Positions 1 through 10,453 of a stretch of 64,000 nt of DNA are shown here, in pieces. The stretch covers positions 1-64,000 of the forward strand of contig CAXXFF010000003.1 of the NCBI GenBank assembly GCA_963676835.2, given 5' to 3'. Below the pieces are notes generated by a model. It was given only the letters and a program-made list of their open reading frames with translations, made no database searches and was not told where the DNA came from. Within the stretch, counting starts at the first letter, position 1. Every line of letters starts with the position of its first letter. Source of the stretch: Marispirochaeta sp. (lineage in GTDB: Bacteria > Spirochaetota > Spirochaetia > JC444 > Marispirochaetaceae). The position numbers were made by a program, and so were the translations under genes.

Positions 1-500
1 CTTTTTAGTTCACAACAATAGCATATTCCTTAGAACCAATCTGGAAGTAAATATTCATGAGTTTAACTTTCTACCGTCTTTTGAAAAAAGAATACATGCT
101 TTTCCCAATGGAACATACGTTGGATATTTACCTGTAAAAGATGAAAACTTGAGAATCAATCTTGGAATGATTTAAACCACGAGTTTGAATTGTTTTTCTA
201 TGATTCAAATAATAACAGATACTTTACTGTTAGCAGAGCAAATGGTTGAGTTATCATATTTTCAATGCTTTCGACAATTCAAATATCGGAATTGTGATAT
301 CTGATGTGCCCGGTGCTCAGATAATTATAATAAACGATGATGGTGATTATTTATTCAAAGAAATATTTGAGATTGAGTTTTCACCTGATTATGTGAAATT
401 TATAGAAATAAATAACACACAAGGGACACTGTTGTTAGCAAAGTTAGGAGAAGAATCTAAATACATAGTCAATTTCTTAAATCACAAGGTTATAAATTAG
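1..500 (+). pseudogene. 3' part of a cassette gene (hypothetical), inverted relative to the array, with at least 2 frameshifts
   Basis: Open frames 2-175, ~155-249 and 246-500 join through frame changes; followed by attC elements in + orientation; frameshifts may be sequencing errors. Confidence 0.55.
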
Positions 501-548
501 GTGAATAAGTACTTTTTACTGATATTTAGTCGCAAAGCAAAATACTGA

Positions 549-622
549 ACATAACAGCGAATAGCCGGTTCCGCCTGAAGGCGTCACCCAAATTACCAAG
601 AGCTGGTTGAAAGGGAGTGCTA
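549..622 (+). repeat. Gene-proximal (R''-L'') half of a second attC-like hairpin (type B)
   Basis: ACATAAC AGCGAATAGCCG GTTCCGCCTGAAGGCGTCACC CAAATTACCAAGAGCTGG; same core as the reverse complement of 23080-23137 and 26835-26892. Confidence 0.8.
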
Positions 623-726
623 ACATAACCAGCAATTGGAGCAGTCAAACCTACTGTCACAGTTTGTGCAGTTATGTAACCAGGAGGATGCAATTTTAAG
701 GTTGTTCCGGGATGGAATCGTAGTAA
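623..726 (+). repeat. attC (type A), inverted orientation, truncated by IS21
   Basis: ACATAACCAGCAATTGGAGCAGTCAAACC is the reverse complement of the conserved attC end seen elsewhere; stops at the IS21 left end. Confidence 0.9.
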
Positions 727-924
727 TGTGTACACCGGCCGAAAACGGACACCCATTCCGGAGGAAAGCGGACAGTGATTCCGGGCAAAAACGGACACCT
801 GTTCCGGCCGAAAACGGACAGTTTTTCCGGAGCGCCGGAATTGCTTTAACCTGAAATAAGAAATCCTCGATTAACACGAGCACTCTCGTCACAATAGCAA
901 AACTACTATTTGACGGAGTACAGA

Positions 925-2471
925 ATGTCGAGAGCGAGGATTCATGTGAAACACATGCGTAAACTGCTTGCGCTCACGTACGAGAGCAAGCTGGGACTTC
1001 GGGATGTATCCCAACTGACCGGAGTATCTAAAACCACAGTCAGCGAATATCTGGTGCGATTCCGCCGCACCGGATCAGCTATGCAGCAAGCCAAAAGCTT
1101 ACCGATGAGCAGCTGCTTGGCCTGTTCGAAGAGAAAAGCAGGAAGAAAGTGAGCAGTATACACAACTAACGACACTGTTCCCCGAGTACGCCAACGGCTG
1201 AAACAGCGGGGGATGACGAAGCAGTTCCTATGGAAGGAATACCGTAGAAAGTATCCAAACGGATATAGATACAGTCAGTTCTGTCACCACTTTACGGTGT
1301 TTCTGGACTCCGGTGAGGTGACGATGCGTCAGCCCCACGAGCCTGGAGATATGGCATATCTCGACTATGCCGGAGAAACGTTCCCTTACTATCCTGATGG
1401 AGATGAGCAGCGGGCACAAATATTCGTTGCGGTACTCGGAGCAAGTCAGCTGGCCTATGTTGAAGCAAGTGAGAGCCAGAAACAAGAGGCCTTTGTCCGC
1501 TCCACAGAACGGGCTCTGAGGTACTTCGGCGGGGTTCCGCGAGCTCTCGTCCCGGATAACCTGAAGGCGGCCGTGCTCAGTGCGAGTAAATATGAGCCGG
1601 AGCTTAATCCGTTGTTCGATGATTTTGCCGATTACTACCGGACGACGATAATCCCCGCCAGGGCCTATAAACCGAAAGACAAATCCCTGGCGGAGAATGC
1701 CGTCAAGTTAACCTATCAGCGGATATTCGCCCCGCTGTACGGCAAGAGGTTCCATTCGTTGGCTGAGCTCAACCAGGCCATCGCAGAACTTCTTGAAGAA
1801 CACAATACCCGGAAACTGACAAAGCTGCAAATCTCACGGCGTCAGTTGTTTGAAGAGATCGAACGGTCTGCGCTGAAGACGCCTGCCGGGCGAACCGTAT
1901 CCAATGAAATACTTCGAAACTCACAAGGTTGCACCGGACTATCACTTTATCCTGTCAAAAGATAAGCACTACTACTCTGTTCCCTGGCAGCTGAAGGGAG
2001 AACAGGTCAAAGTGATCTTTGATGAGCGAATTATAGCGGTATATCACAAGAATGTACGCGTAGCCCAGCACCGCCGGAGCAGAAAGAAAGGACAATACTC
2101 CACACAGTCCGCACACATGCCCAGGCACCATCAGTTTGTTGAATCATGGTCGGCGGAGAAGTTTACCACCTGGGCTCAGTCGATTGGAGAAGAGACGTTC
2201 CTGGTGATTTCACATCTATTAAACAGCAAGCCACATGAGCAGCAGGCGTACAAATCCTGCCTTGGTGTGCTGAACCTGGCAAAGGATGCCGGATCACACC
2301 GGCTGAACTGGGCCTGCCGACGTGCGTTGAACTACTCGAGAATCAGTTATCGGGATGTTCGTGCATATCTGGATGAAATCATGCGACAAGAAAAGGATGA
2401 ACAGCAGAACAAAACAGGTGTTTCTCTTCGCCGATCACAAGAACCTGCGGGATTCTGCAATCTACAAATGA
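925..2471 (+). pseudogene. istA: IS21 transposase IstA, frameshifted
   Basis: Five single-base homopolymer indels versus the intact copy at 16597-18144. Confidence 0.85.
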
Positions 2472-2479
2472 GGTAACCG

Positions 2480-3220
2480 ATGAATAATAATCAGGCGACA
2501 ATCAACAAGATGACCGAGATGCGTCTCCACGGAATGGTACAGGCCTTCCGTACACTGCAGGAGACCGGACGCCATATGGATCTTACAACCGATGAGGTTA
2601 TCAGCTACCTTGTCGACTCAGAATGGGATGAGAAACACAATCGCCGACTGGCGCGCCTTGCCAATGCGGCCCGTTTCCGCTATAAGGCAGCGATTGAAGA
2701 TATCGACTATACCTTCGACCGGAATCTGGACAAAAACCAGATCTTAAGACTTGCAGCCTGCTCCTGGATATCCCGGGGGCAGGACCTGCTCATCACGGGT
2801 CCGACCGGAGGAGGAAAAAGTTTTCTTGGATCGGCTTTCGGACATCAGGCATGTCAGTATGGGTATACCGTCGCTTACTTTTCCACAACGCGTTTATTCA
2901 ATGAAATAGCGGCGGCAAGGGATGATGGAACCTACCTGAAGCACTTGTCACGCATAATGAAAAACAAGCTGGTCATTATCGATGACTTCGGTCTGGAACC
3001 GCTGGAGCATACTGCACGGATGGCATTTCTTGAAATCCTTGAAGATCGACACCGGAGAAAATCTACGATAGTGATCGCCCAACAGCCGGTAGAAAACTGG
3101 CACAGCATTATCGGTGACCCCACGATTGCCGATGCCATAATGGACCGTCTTGCCTTTCATTCTCATAGAATTGTAATAACCGGGGACTCGGTAAGGAGGA
3201 AACTCTATGCTGTAGATTGA
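2480..3220 (+). CDS. istB: IS21 AAA+ helper ATPase IstB
   Basis: Walker A GPTGGGKS, Walker B LVIIDD, ADAIMDRL motif. Confidence 0.96.
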   Translation: MNNNQATINKMTEMRLHGMVQAFRTLQETGRHMDLTTDEVISYLVDSEWDEKHNRRLARLANAARFRYKAAIEDIDYTFDRNLDKNQILRLAACSWISRGQDLLITGPTGGGKSFLGSAFGHQACQYGYTVAYFSTTRLFNEIAAARDDGTYLKHLSRIMKNKLVIIDDFGLEPLEHTARMAFLEILEDRHRRKSTIVIAQQPVENWHSIIGDPTIADAIMDRLAFHSHRIVITGDSVRRKLYAVD

Positions 3221-3322
3221 CGCAAAACGGACACCTGATCATACTGAAGACGAGGATTTACTTCCTTCAGGCAGCTGTCCGTTTTCCGCCGGAATCACTG
3301 TCCGAAATCATCGGAATACACA

Positions 3323-3378
3323 GCAAATGCAACGTTTGAAATTATGAATAGAATTAATCCGAGTTGAAGTCTTTTCAT
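3323..3378 (-). pseudogene. 5' stub of a cassette gene (MKRLQLGLILFIISNVAF.., signal-peptide-like) cut by IS21
   Basis: ATG at 3378 after AGGTG; frame runs into the IS21 right end. Confidence 0.7.
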
Positions 3379-3410
3379 ATAAACACCTATACACTTTTGC
3401 AAAATATTGA

Positions 3411-3505
3411 ACATAACGTCCCGCGAATAGCCGAAGTTACCAAGACTTCTTTGCTCGCTGTTCATTGCCTGATGTAAACAATGTGCCTGGAGAAAATTTG
3501 TGTCT
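3411..3505 (-). repeat. Distal (L'-R') half of the type-B attC-like hairpin
   Basis: Minus strand ...TCTTGGTAACTT CGGCTATTCGC GGGAC GTTATGT; homologous to 23800-23895 and 27555-27650. Confidence 0.8.
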
Positions 3506-3689
3506 ACATAACGCCCAATTGAGCTGCAAAGCCGGGCCGCTTTAGCGGCATTGGCATGTGTTTTTGCTGCCTGAATACAGCATTATATAGCGATTGTAGG
3601 TCGGAACCGCAACTTTTATTCTAAATAGTCCTGTGTGCCCTGCCAAAACCATGACAATAGGTTTTGACTGCTCCAATTGCTTGTTATAA
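3506..3689 (-). repeat. attC, subtype A1 (184 bp)
   Basis: ACATAAC GCC CAATTGAGC...GCTCCAATTG CTT GTTATAA. Confidence 0.93.
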
Positions 3690-3699
3690 ACCTGCCTGA

Positions 3700-4110
3700 T
3701 TACAGCAATGCAACTTTTAGATGCTCGACTATTTCGTCTATTTTATCCAGTAATGGAGTGATCAATTCTTCATCAAGCATGAACCCATAATTGTGACGAA
3801 AGAAGTGGCGGAATCCCATGTACTCTTTCAGGGAAGAATATTGCTTTTCATCTATGAGTTGTTCTGTGAATGCTGTTTCTAATAAGACGGAATGCCAGTT
3901 ATCTGTGGTAGCAATTTTAATATTTCGGTTCTTTAAGAGAATATATAGTATTTTTTCAATTCCGTTATAAATAGAATGAAGGCTACTCGCGGCTGCACGC
4001 AATTGAATTTTATCTAATCCATTCGCATTATTAATTACTTTAAGCATTTTTACAATTTCTAATTCAGCATCAATCTGGCAGAATTCAAATTCAATGCTTT
4101 TGCTGTTCAA
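3700..4110 (-). CDS. HEPN-domain RNase toxin (HepT-like)
   Basis: RX4H motif RHFFRH(NY); directly downstream of an MNT gene. Confidence 0.85.
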   Translation of the reverse strand: MNSKSIEFEFCQIDAELEIVKMLKVINNANGLDKIQLRAAASSLHSIYNGIEKILYILLKNRNIKIATTDNWHSVLLETAFTEQLIDEKQYSSLKEYMGFRHFFRHNYGFMLDEELITPLLDKIDEIVEHLKVALL

Positions 4111-4407
4111 TTACGCGACTCTTATTAAGTTTTTGTCTGTTCTTATCTGTTTTGAAAAATCTGTATGATAATCAAGACCTACAATATCAACGGATCTTTT
4201 TAGCCGAGTAAGGAGTTCACCATACACTTGAAAGAACTTTTTCTTCTCTAATCCGGTTATAGCGATATCTATGTCGGAGTCGGCATCGTATTCACCTGAT
4301 GCTAATGAGCCAAAAATGTATATTTCATGTGCTCCAGCAGCTAAAATTATACTTTTTGCGAGTTCTATGTCTTCAATTATATCTTTTGGAAGCGTTTCAA
4401 GGCTCAT
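4111..4407 (-). CDS. Minimal nucleotidyltransferase (MNT) antitoxin
   Basis: IFGSLASG..DSDIDIA motif, 98 aa. Confidence 0.9.
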   Translation of the reverse strand: MSLETLPKDIIEDIELAKSIILAAGAHEIYIFGSLASGEYDADSDIDIAITGLEKKKFFQVYGELLTRLKRSVDIVGLDYHTDFSKQIRTDKNLIRVA

Positions 4408-4416
4408 AATAAGTGT

Positions 4417-4445
4417 ATTTTACTCTATTTGCGTAATTATGGCAA
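4417..4445 (-). promoter_or_regulatory. Cassette-internal sigma70-type promoter for MNT-HEPN
   Basis: TTGCCA-N17-TAAAAT ending 9 nt before the ATG at 4407. Confidence 0.55.
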
Positions 4446-4504
4446 TTTGAAAGCATATGTGAGTCATTAAGTATAATATCTCTAATTTGTAGAATTTTTT
4501 GTGT

Positions 4505-4683
4505 TTATAACATCCAATTGAGCTGCAAAGCCGTGCCGATGTCATTGGCATGCGTTTTTGCTGCCTGGATACAGCATTATATAACGATTGATGCCCGGAA
4601 CCGCAACTTTTATTCTAAACTGACCTGTGTGCCTTGCAAAAACCATGACAATAGGATTTGACTGCTCCAATTGCTGGTTATGT
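4505..4683 (-). repeat. attC, subtype A1 (179 bp)
   Basis: TTATAAC...GTTATGT with conserved CAATTG arms. Confidence 0.93.
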
Positions 4684-4720
4684 TAGCATAGTCATCTTCT
4701 ATGAGTAGAATACTTATATC

Positions 4721-5818
4721 TCATCGTGTAATTCTAAGCACAGCAAGGTCTTCAAAATCATTGTTTTTAGGAAAAATAGCATCACTCAACTCAATTTTGT
4801 ATTTTAGTATTTCGCCTACATCTGTTTTATGCTTTACCTTCTTTACACTAATAAATATATTTGGATCTAACATATTTTTTAAACAACTCAGTTCTATATT
4901 TGAACACAAAAAGTACTCATATGTTTCCATAATGGTATAATTTCTATTTTCTTCCAGAAACTTCTTACTTGTCCCTTTATTTAGTATTTCAAATGCAAAT
5001 ATATATTCAAATATATTATTTTCGGTAACTTTATTAAAATTAATTTTATTCACAAAACAGCCGGTAAAATAATTTGACGGAAGTCTATAGCTATCTTTCA
5101 TTAATAATGGAAACAAAACTTCCTCTCCACCTACTACACTTACCATATCATCATTGCGTAGCTTAGCTCTTTTTTTTTCACCTCCCCAACCCCAATTGAA
5201 ACAGTCTTGTAGAACGTATCTTTGCATATATTCTAAATAATAGGGAATAATATAAATGGATGTACCGCTTGTTATTTCAACTTCTTCTTCATGAATCGAA
5301 TTATTTGAAAAAATATCAAAATCGAATTGCCCTAAACCGGGATTATTTCCAGCAATATATTTAAATTCATCGTAAGGTGGACTCCACAGATAAACTCCTC
5401 TATCTGCAATGAATTTAATTTTATTTCCTTCTGCTTTACCAATCACAGTCTGTATTGGATAACGACAACAAAAAGTATTATTTTTTTCATACAATCTTAT
5501 CAGATGTTGATTTATTATCAAATAAATATCTTTGATATCCTTAATCTTATTCCAAACAAGATGTATAAATACGGATCTTACGGATTCAAGCAATACGGGG
5601 TTGCCATGTTCGATTGAAGCAAATAAGAATAAACCTGAATCTTCGGTATATTGAGGTGTAATAACCAAAAAGTTTGGATAAAATTTTCGATAAATTGTTG
5701 CAATGGTAAATTTGTAATTTTTCTAAGATTCGGTAGTACACATGAAAGGATCATCATTTGAACTAAGCAGTTGTCCTGATGATGCGATAACAGTAAGCTC
5801 CCCATTACGATTTATCAT
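4721..5818 (-). pseudogene. Hypothetical protein, weakly SpoIIE/PP2C-like, with an in-frame TAG at 5723-5725
   Basis: ATG at 5818 after AGAGAG is in frame with the 315-aa ORF 4721-5668; one stop intervenes. Confidence 0.5.
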
Positions 5819-5925
5819 TTTTATCTCTCTTTCTTTTTTCTGAATCTTATTTAATGGCGAACGCTTAATTGTAAAATAAAGTTTTAAACATCTTTATTAG
5901 TACGCCCACGGATAAAGTATTATTA

Positions 5926-6477
5926 CTATTCTTTACTACTAGAAAAATACTTACCATAAATATCAGCTTTTATATTTTCTATTATACTCGCCTTAATGAT
6001 TTCTTCCGATCTTTTTCTATTTTTCAATTCAAAGTGATTTTTAATTAGCGTAAGAGGTGTAGCAAAAATTCCAAATGGGAATCCCCACCAACCAGCTAAA
6101 ACTGTAATTGTTTGAGAAGATTTCACATGTTCAGATAGACATTCATGACAACCGATTATTGTTTCTTTATGTATTTTTGTTATAAAAATGATGCTATAAA
6201 GCCATGAATATTCTATACCAAAAAGTTCTTTCTTCTCTTTACAATATTTACAGAATCCATATTTTTTATCTTCATAAAGATTTGTAATATTTGAGTCAGA
6301 TAATAGTATTTTAAGATCATTTAAAAGTTCTTTTGAACCAACATTGCGTTCATTTGCAACATAGATTAAAGCGACAAACGCTTCTTTTCTCAGATCCCAG
6401 GCTGTGGCCAACAAACCCTCTAGTTCACTATCCTTAAGTAATCGATACTGATCTTTAAATGATTCTGTTTCATCCAT
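5926..6477 (-). CDS. Hypothetical membrane protein with two CxxC pairs
   Basis: 183-aa ORF with GAGG RBS; CKYC, CHEC and hydrophobic GWWGFPFG segment. Confidence 0.75.
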   Translation of the reverse strand: MDETESFKDQYRLLKDSELEGLLATAWDLRKEAFVALIYVANERNVGSKELLNDLKILLSDSNITNLYEDKKYGFCKYCKEKKELFGIEYSWLYSIIFITKIHKETIIGCHECLSEHVKSSQTITVLAGWWGFPFGIFATPLTLIKNHFELKNRKRSEEIIKASIIENIKADIYGKYFSSSKE

Positions 6478-6531
6478 TACAACAACCTCATATAAGTATA
6501 GACATGGAATTCCCCCGATTCTGTCGACACT

Positions 6532-7350
6532 TTACGGGGTTAAATACATAGCTTCGAATTGAGCCGGACTTCGACGGTCCAAATGGCTATGCCGCCTTTT
6601 AGGATTGTAAAATAACTCTATGTAATTGAAAATATCTTTGCGTGCTACCTCCCTGTTTTTGTAGATTTTTTTCTTTACCCGTTCTTTTTTCAAGCTGGAG
6701 AAGAAGGATTCAACAACGGCATTATCCCAGCAATTGCCTCTTCGACTCATACTCGGATCCAAATTGTGGAACTCACAGAAGCTATCCCATTCATAGCTGG
6801 TGAACTGGGTACCTTGATCGGAGTGAATTAGAACTGTCTGTTTTGGCCGTCTTCGTTTGACTGCCATAAACAAAGCATCCATGACCAAGGCTGTTTTCTG
6901 GTTACTCTTCATAGACCATCCAACTATTCGCCTGCTGAACAGATCTATGACAACTGCCAGGTACAGCCAGCCCTCACAGGTTCGAATATATGTTATGTCG
7001 ATACACCAGACACGATTAGGATCGCTAACAGTGAACTCACGATTGAGCTGATTAAGACTGTGTACAGGTCCTTCTGGAGGAATGTAAGGATGCTTTTTGC
7101 GGCGGTGAGCACCCTGTATACCTGCTTCTTTCATAAGTCGCGCAATACGGTTAACACTGTAAGAATAGCCAGCCTCCTTGAAATCCTGATGAATATTGGG
7201 ACTTCCGTAAGTGCCTCCACTTTCTTCCCAATAATGGCGGATCTCTTGGGTTATTACCCGGTTTTGGATGGCTCGTTTGGATTCTGGGTTCTTAATCCAC
7301 CGATAGAAGCCTGATGGATGGACTTTCATGGCCCTGCACATCTGTCGCAC
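6532..7350 (-). CDS. IS3 OrfB DDE transposase (OrfAB by -1 frameshift)
   Basis: WCIDITY, HSDQGTQF, NAVVESFF; slippery A AAA AAG at 7422-7428 leads into an open -1 frame. Confidence 0.95.
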   Translation of the reverse strand: MRQMCRAMKVHPSGFYRWIKNPESKRAIQNRVITQEIRHYWEESGGTYGSPNIHQDFKEAGYSYSVNRIARLMKEAGIQGAHRRKKHPYIPPEGPVHSLNQLNREFTVSDPNRVWCIDITYIRTCEGWLYLAVVIDLFSRRIVGWSMKSNQKTALVMDALFMAVKRRRPKQTVLIHSDQGTQFTSYEWDSFCEFHNLDPSMSRRGNCWDNAVVESFFSSLKKERVKKKIYKNREVARKDIFNYIELFYNPKRRHSHLDRRSPAQFEAMYLTP

Positions 7351-7388
7351 CGGGTAAGTGCTACGATGTTCTTTGATAAATGCGTACT

Positions 7389-7676
7389 TTACAGGGACTC
7401 CCCGGCAAAGTACGCTGCGGCCTTTTTTAGGATGTCACGCTCCATTTTGACCTGCTTAAGCTCTGCCTTAAGCGCCTTTATTTCCTGGTCAGCTTCAGTA
7501 ATTTTCTTTTTGTCTTTTGACTCGCCTGATTTCCACCCGGCAACTTTGAGCCACTTGTATAAGGTGACGTCGCTAACACCGGTTGCCTTGGCAACAGCCA
7601 AAACGCCAACGCCTTCTTCCATGATTTGCTTGATAGTTTCTGCCTTAAATTCTTCCGAATATGGACTCTTAGACAC
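7389..7676 (-). CDS. IS3 OrfA (HTH)
   Basis: YSEEFKAE..TLYKW..ERDILKKAAAYFA. Confidence 0.93.
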   Translation of the reverse strand: MSKSPYSEEFKAETIKQIMEEGVGVLAVAKATGVSDVTLYKWLKVAGWKSGESKDKKKITEADQEIKALKAELKQVKMERDILKKAAAYFAGESL

Positions 7677-7803
7677 CTGATTTCTCCTTAGATTCTAAGC
7701 ATAACAGGTGTCGACAATTTTGGGGGAATTCCAACATTTAGAATTAGTATATAATTACCATTGCCTGTAATATGAACAATACACTTGGATTATACCTATG
7801 TCT

Positions 7804-7974
7804 ACATAACATCCAATTGAGCTGCGTGGCGTTAAGCTGGCGTGGTTTGTGCTGCAACAACTCACCCATTCTACTACAATATCAACTCGGAATCACATGA
7901 AACTTACATTCATCGTGTTCCCTTACTGCACAAACCATGACAGTAGCCATGTCTGCTCCAATTGCTTGTTATAC
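7804..7974 (-). repeat. attC, subtype A2 (171 bp)
   Basis: ACATAAC...GTTATAC. Confidence 0.93.
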
Positions 7975-7975
7975 T

Positions 7976-9070
7976 TCAATTTTGGTATAGCTCAAAATGT
8001 ATCTTCTGTATGTTTTCTATTGCATCAAATCTAAGCAAACCCGTATATGTTTCATTTTTTACTATATGGAGACAACCCATTTCACTGATCATTGTATAAT
8101 TATCAAGATTATAAATTTCAGTATAGTAATGGTCTTTTACCTGACCAGACACATTTTTCTGAACTGTATAAAGTATTTCATTATCAATCGTCTCAATAAT
8201 ATCATTATATAATACAGTGTACTCCTGGAACCCAACAAGCTTAGTCGCTTTATTGTTTGTAATATCTAATTTATAAATTAAATCATTTTTATTTGTTAAC
8301 GCATATAATGCAAGATAATTGTTTTCTGGATTAAATGAACCATTATAGTGCAATACAACATCTTTAATCGCGTCCAGTTTGACAGCTGGTTCTTCACCAT
8401 TCAAATCAAGGATATATAGTGATACAGAGCCATCAGAGATTCGTTCATCATATACAATATGATCATCATACATGTCTATAAAAATATATGGAACGCGAAT
8501 TCTATCTTCAATAAAAGGTGTTTCACATATTATTTTGGTTGATTTATCATTCAGATTAAGTGCTTTAATTTTAGAAATACTTTCTTCAAAATCATGCTCG
8601 ATCCAACATATCCAATTTACACCAACACTGACATGATTTGGGTAATAACCATTTTCACTCTTTGGTAATACTTCGTTGTATTTTTCTAAAACCTTTGTTG
8701 CGGTGTTATAATAGTATATTGCTTCTTCTTTTTTACTGTTAACAGCAGTAAACACAATCACAGAGTGATTTGAGTCGTAATCACGGATTATAGTACTTTC
8801 TTCATCAAAAATGACCTTATCTACTTTGTCCGATTTAAAATTATACTCGATTAGCTTCGAATAATCCTGGGTGTAATTACTCGCTATAAAGAATACGGCA
8901 TTATTTTCTTGATAGTATTTTGTATCAAGAATTATTCGTTTCGGTAAAATTTGGCTATCTGAACTAAAAGCTTTTGTCTCTACTGGATAAATACTTTTAC
9001 TTATCATGTTTGTAGTTTGACAGGAAAATAAAAAAACAAGAGAAAGCAATGTTAAAAACAGTTTTTTCAC
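7976..9070 (-). CDS. Lipoprotein, beta-rich hypothetical (364 aa)
   Basis: GTG start after GAGG; MKKLFLTLLSLVFLFSC lipobox; same protein as 11767-12861. Confidence 0.85.
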   Translation of the reverse strand: MKKLFLTLLSLVFLFSCQTTNMISKSIYPVETKAFSSDSQILPKRIILDTKYYQENNAVFFIASNYTQDYSKLIEYNFKSDKVDKVIFDEESTIIRDYDSNHSVIVFTAVNSKKEEAIYYYNTATKVLEKYNEVLPKSENGYYPNHVSVGVNWICWIEHDFEESISKIKALNLNDKSTKIICETPFIEDRIRVPYIFIDMYDDHIVYDERISDGSVSLYILDLNGEEPAVKLDAIKDVVLHYNGSFNPENNYLALYALTNKNDLIYKLDITNNKATKLVGFQEYTVLYNDIIETIDNEILYTVQKNVSGQVKDHYYTEIYNLDNYTMISEMGCLHIVKNETYTGLLRFDAIENIQKIHFELYQN

Positions 9071-9101
9071 GAATAAACCTCTTATTAAAAATTTTTTGTA
9101 T

Positions 9102-9272
9102 GTATAACATCCAATTGAGCTGCATGGCGTCAAGCTGGCGTGGTTTGTGCTGCAACTCATACCGATTTTACTACAATATAAGCTCGGAATCACCTATAAT
9201 AATCATTCATCAGGTTTCCGTTACTGCACAAACCATGACAGCAGCCATGTCTGCTCCAATTGCTGGTTATAT
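9102..9272 (-). repeat. attC, subtype A2 (171 bp)
   Basis: GTATAAC...GTTATAT. Confidence 0.93.
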
Positions 9273-9277
9273 TTCTT

Positions 9278-10207
9278 TCAATCACTCACCTTATTCTGAC
9301 TTTTTACATATTCTTCAAGAGCTTCACGGGTTGTAACCCATTCCTTATTTAGCTTAATCGCCGAGAGTCTACCTTTTCGCGCAAGAAGAGATAAGTATTC
9401 CTGGGAGTAATCACAATACTGTGATGCTTCTTTCAGATTGATAAAGCCTTGCTTTTCATCGGTATTCGGCTGAATACTGTTCAGATAAATTATAAGGGTT
9501 CGTTCAATGGATTTTCCTATAAAATCTTCAAACGATTCCTCATTTCCTGTATTCGCTTCATTCAGTACTCGATAATACTTTTTCCTGTCCACTTTCAAGA
9601 TTACTGCCGGCGGATAACCATTAGCCATTAGAATAAGGTTCATAAGAAGGCGGGCTACCCTTCCATTACCATCAATAAAGGGATGTATGCATACAAATTT
9701 ATAATGGAACTGAGCTGCGAGTACTGCAATCGGCATTGAATATCGGTTTTCATAATACCAGGCTGTTAGCCTTTCCATTTTTGGTTTTACTTTTATCGCC
9801 TGAGGAGGTATCAATCGCGCACCTACTATTCTAACATTCGTTCTTCTGTAAGCTCCAGCTTCTAAATCATCTATTCCTTTGAGGATAATTCTATGACATT
9901 CACGGATTACACTTTCACTAAGGTCTTCTTTTTTCTGAATAAGCGTATTTAGGAATTCAATGCCTTCTTTATGGTTTATCGCCTCAAGGTGTTCATTAAC
10001 TGATTTTCCACCTATTGTGATGCCTTGATTCAAGACGACTTCTGTTTCCTGCAGGCTGAGAGTATTGCCTTCAATGGCGTTTGAGTTGTAAGTCCATTCT
10101 AAAGCGAGTTGTTCTTGCAATTTTCGCGAGATTGAAGCATTTAGCGGCCTATATTTATCAAGTTCTCGCTTTTTGCCTTCTATGCTCGATAGAAGCTTTT
10201 CATTCAT
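9278..10207 (-). CDS. Fic family AMPylase with C-terminal HTH
   Basis: HPFIDGNGR catalytic loop, SNAIEGN inhibitory motif, C-terminal LKEAS..YLSLLARKGRL HTH-like segment. Confidence 0.92.
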   Translation of the reverse strand: MNEKLLSSIEGKKRELDKYRPLNASISRKLQEQLALEWTYNSNAIEGNTLSLQETEVVLNQGITIGGKSVNEHLEAINHKEGIEFLNTLIQKKEDLSESVIRECHRIILKGIDDLEAGAYRRTNVRIVGARLIPPQAIKVKPKMERLTAWYYENRYSMPIAVLAAQFHYKFVCIHPFIDGNGRVARLLMNLILMANGYPPAVILKVDRKKYYRVLNEANTGNEESFEDFIGKSIERTLIIYLNSIQPNTDEKQGFINLKEASQYCDYSQEYLSLLARKGRLSAIKLNKEWVTTREALEEYVKSQNKVSD

Positions 10208-10266
10208 ATCGGTTAACCTTTATTCCGTTACAACCGATATTTTACTACTAAACTTCCTGAAAGTAA

Positions 10267-10447
10267 ATATAACATCCAATTGAGCTGCAAAGCCGTGCCG
10301 AAGGTATTGGCATGTGTTTTTGCTGCCTGGTTAAAACATTATACTACACCTTTTTTAGCACAAACACTTCTTATAACAGTACCTTTGTTTAAGCTCTTAG
10401 CAAAAACCATGACAATAGGCTTTGACTGCTCCAATTGCTGGTTATGT
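10267..10447 (-). repeat. attC, subtype A1 (181 bp)
   Basis: ATATAAC...GTTATGT. Confidence 0.93.
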
Positions 10448-10453
10448 GCCGAG

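Larger units (their letters stand above)
727..3322 (+). mobile_element. IS21-family element, copy 1 (2596 bp)
   Basis: TGTGTA...TACACA ends, multiple subterminal CGGACA repeats, istA/istB; near-identical to 16399-18995; flanks are not a target duplication. Confidence 0.97.
6505..7733 (-). mobile_element. IS3-family element, copy 1 (1229 bp), in a cassette 5' leader
   Basis: TGGAATTCCCCC...GGGGGAATTCCA inverted ends; 3-bp target duplication ACA. Confidence 0.97.

Noticed and set aside
925..2471. istA copy 1 frameshifts as programmed recoding
   Set aside because: Five single-base homopolymer indels versus the intact copy, with similar shifts in 1-500; most likely sequencing errors or decay.
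7976..9193. 405-aa version of the lipoprotein
   Set aside because: The extension runs through an attC; the duplicate cassette shows the start is the GTG at 9070.
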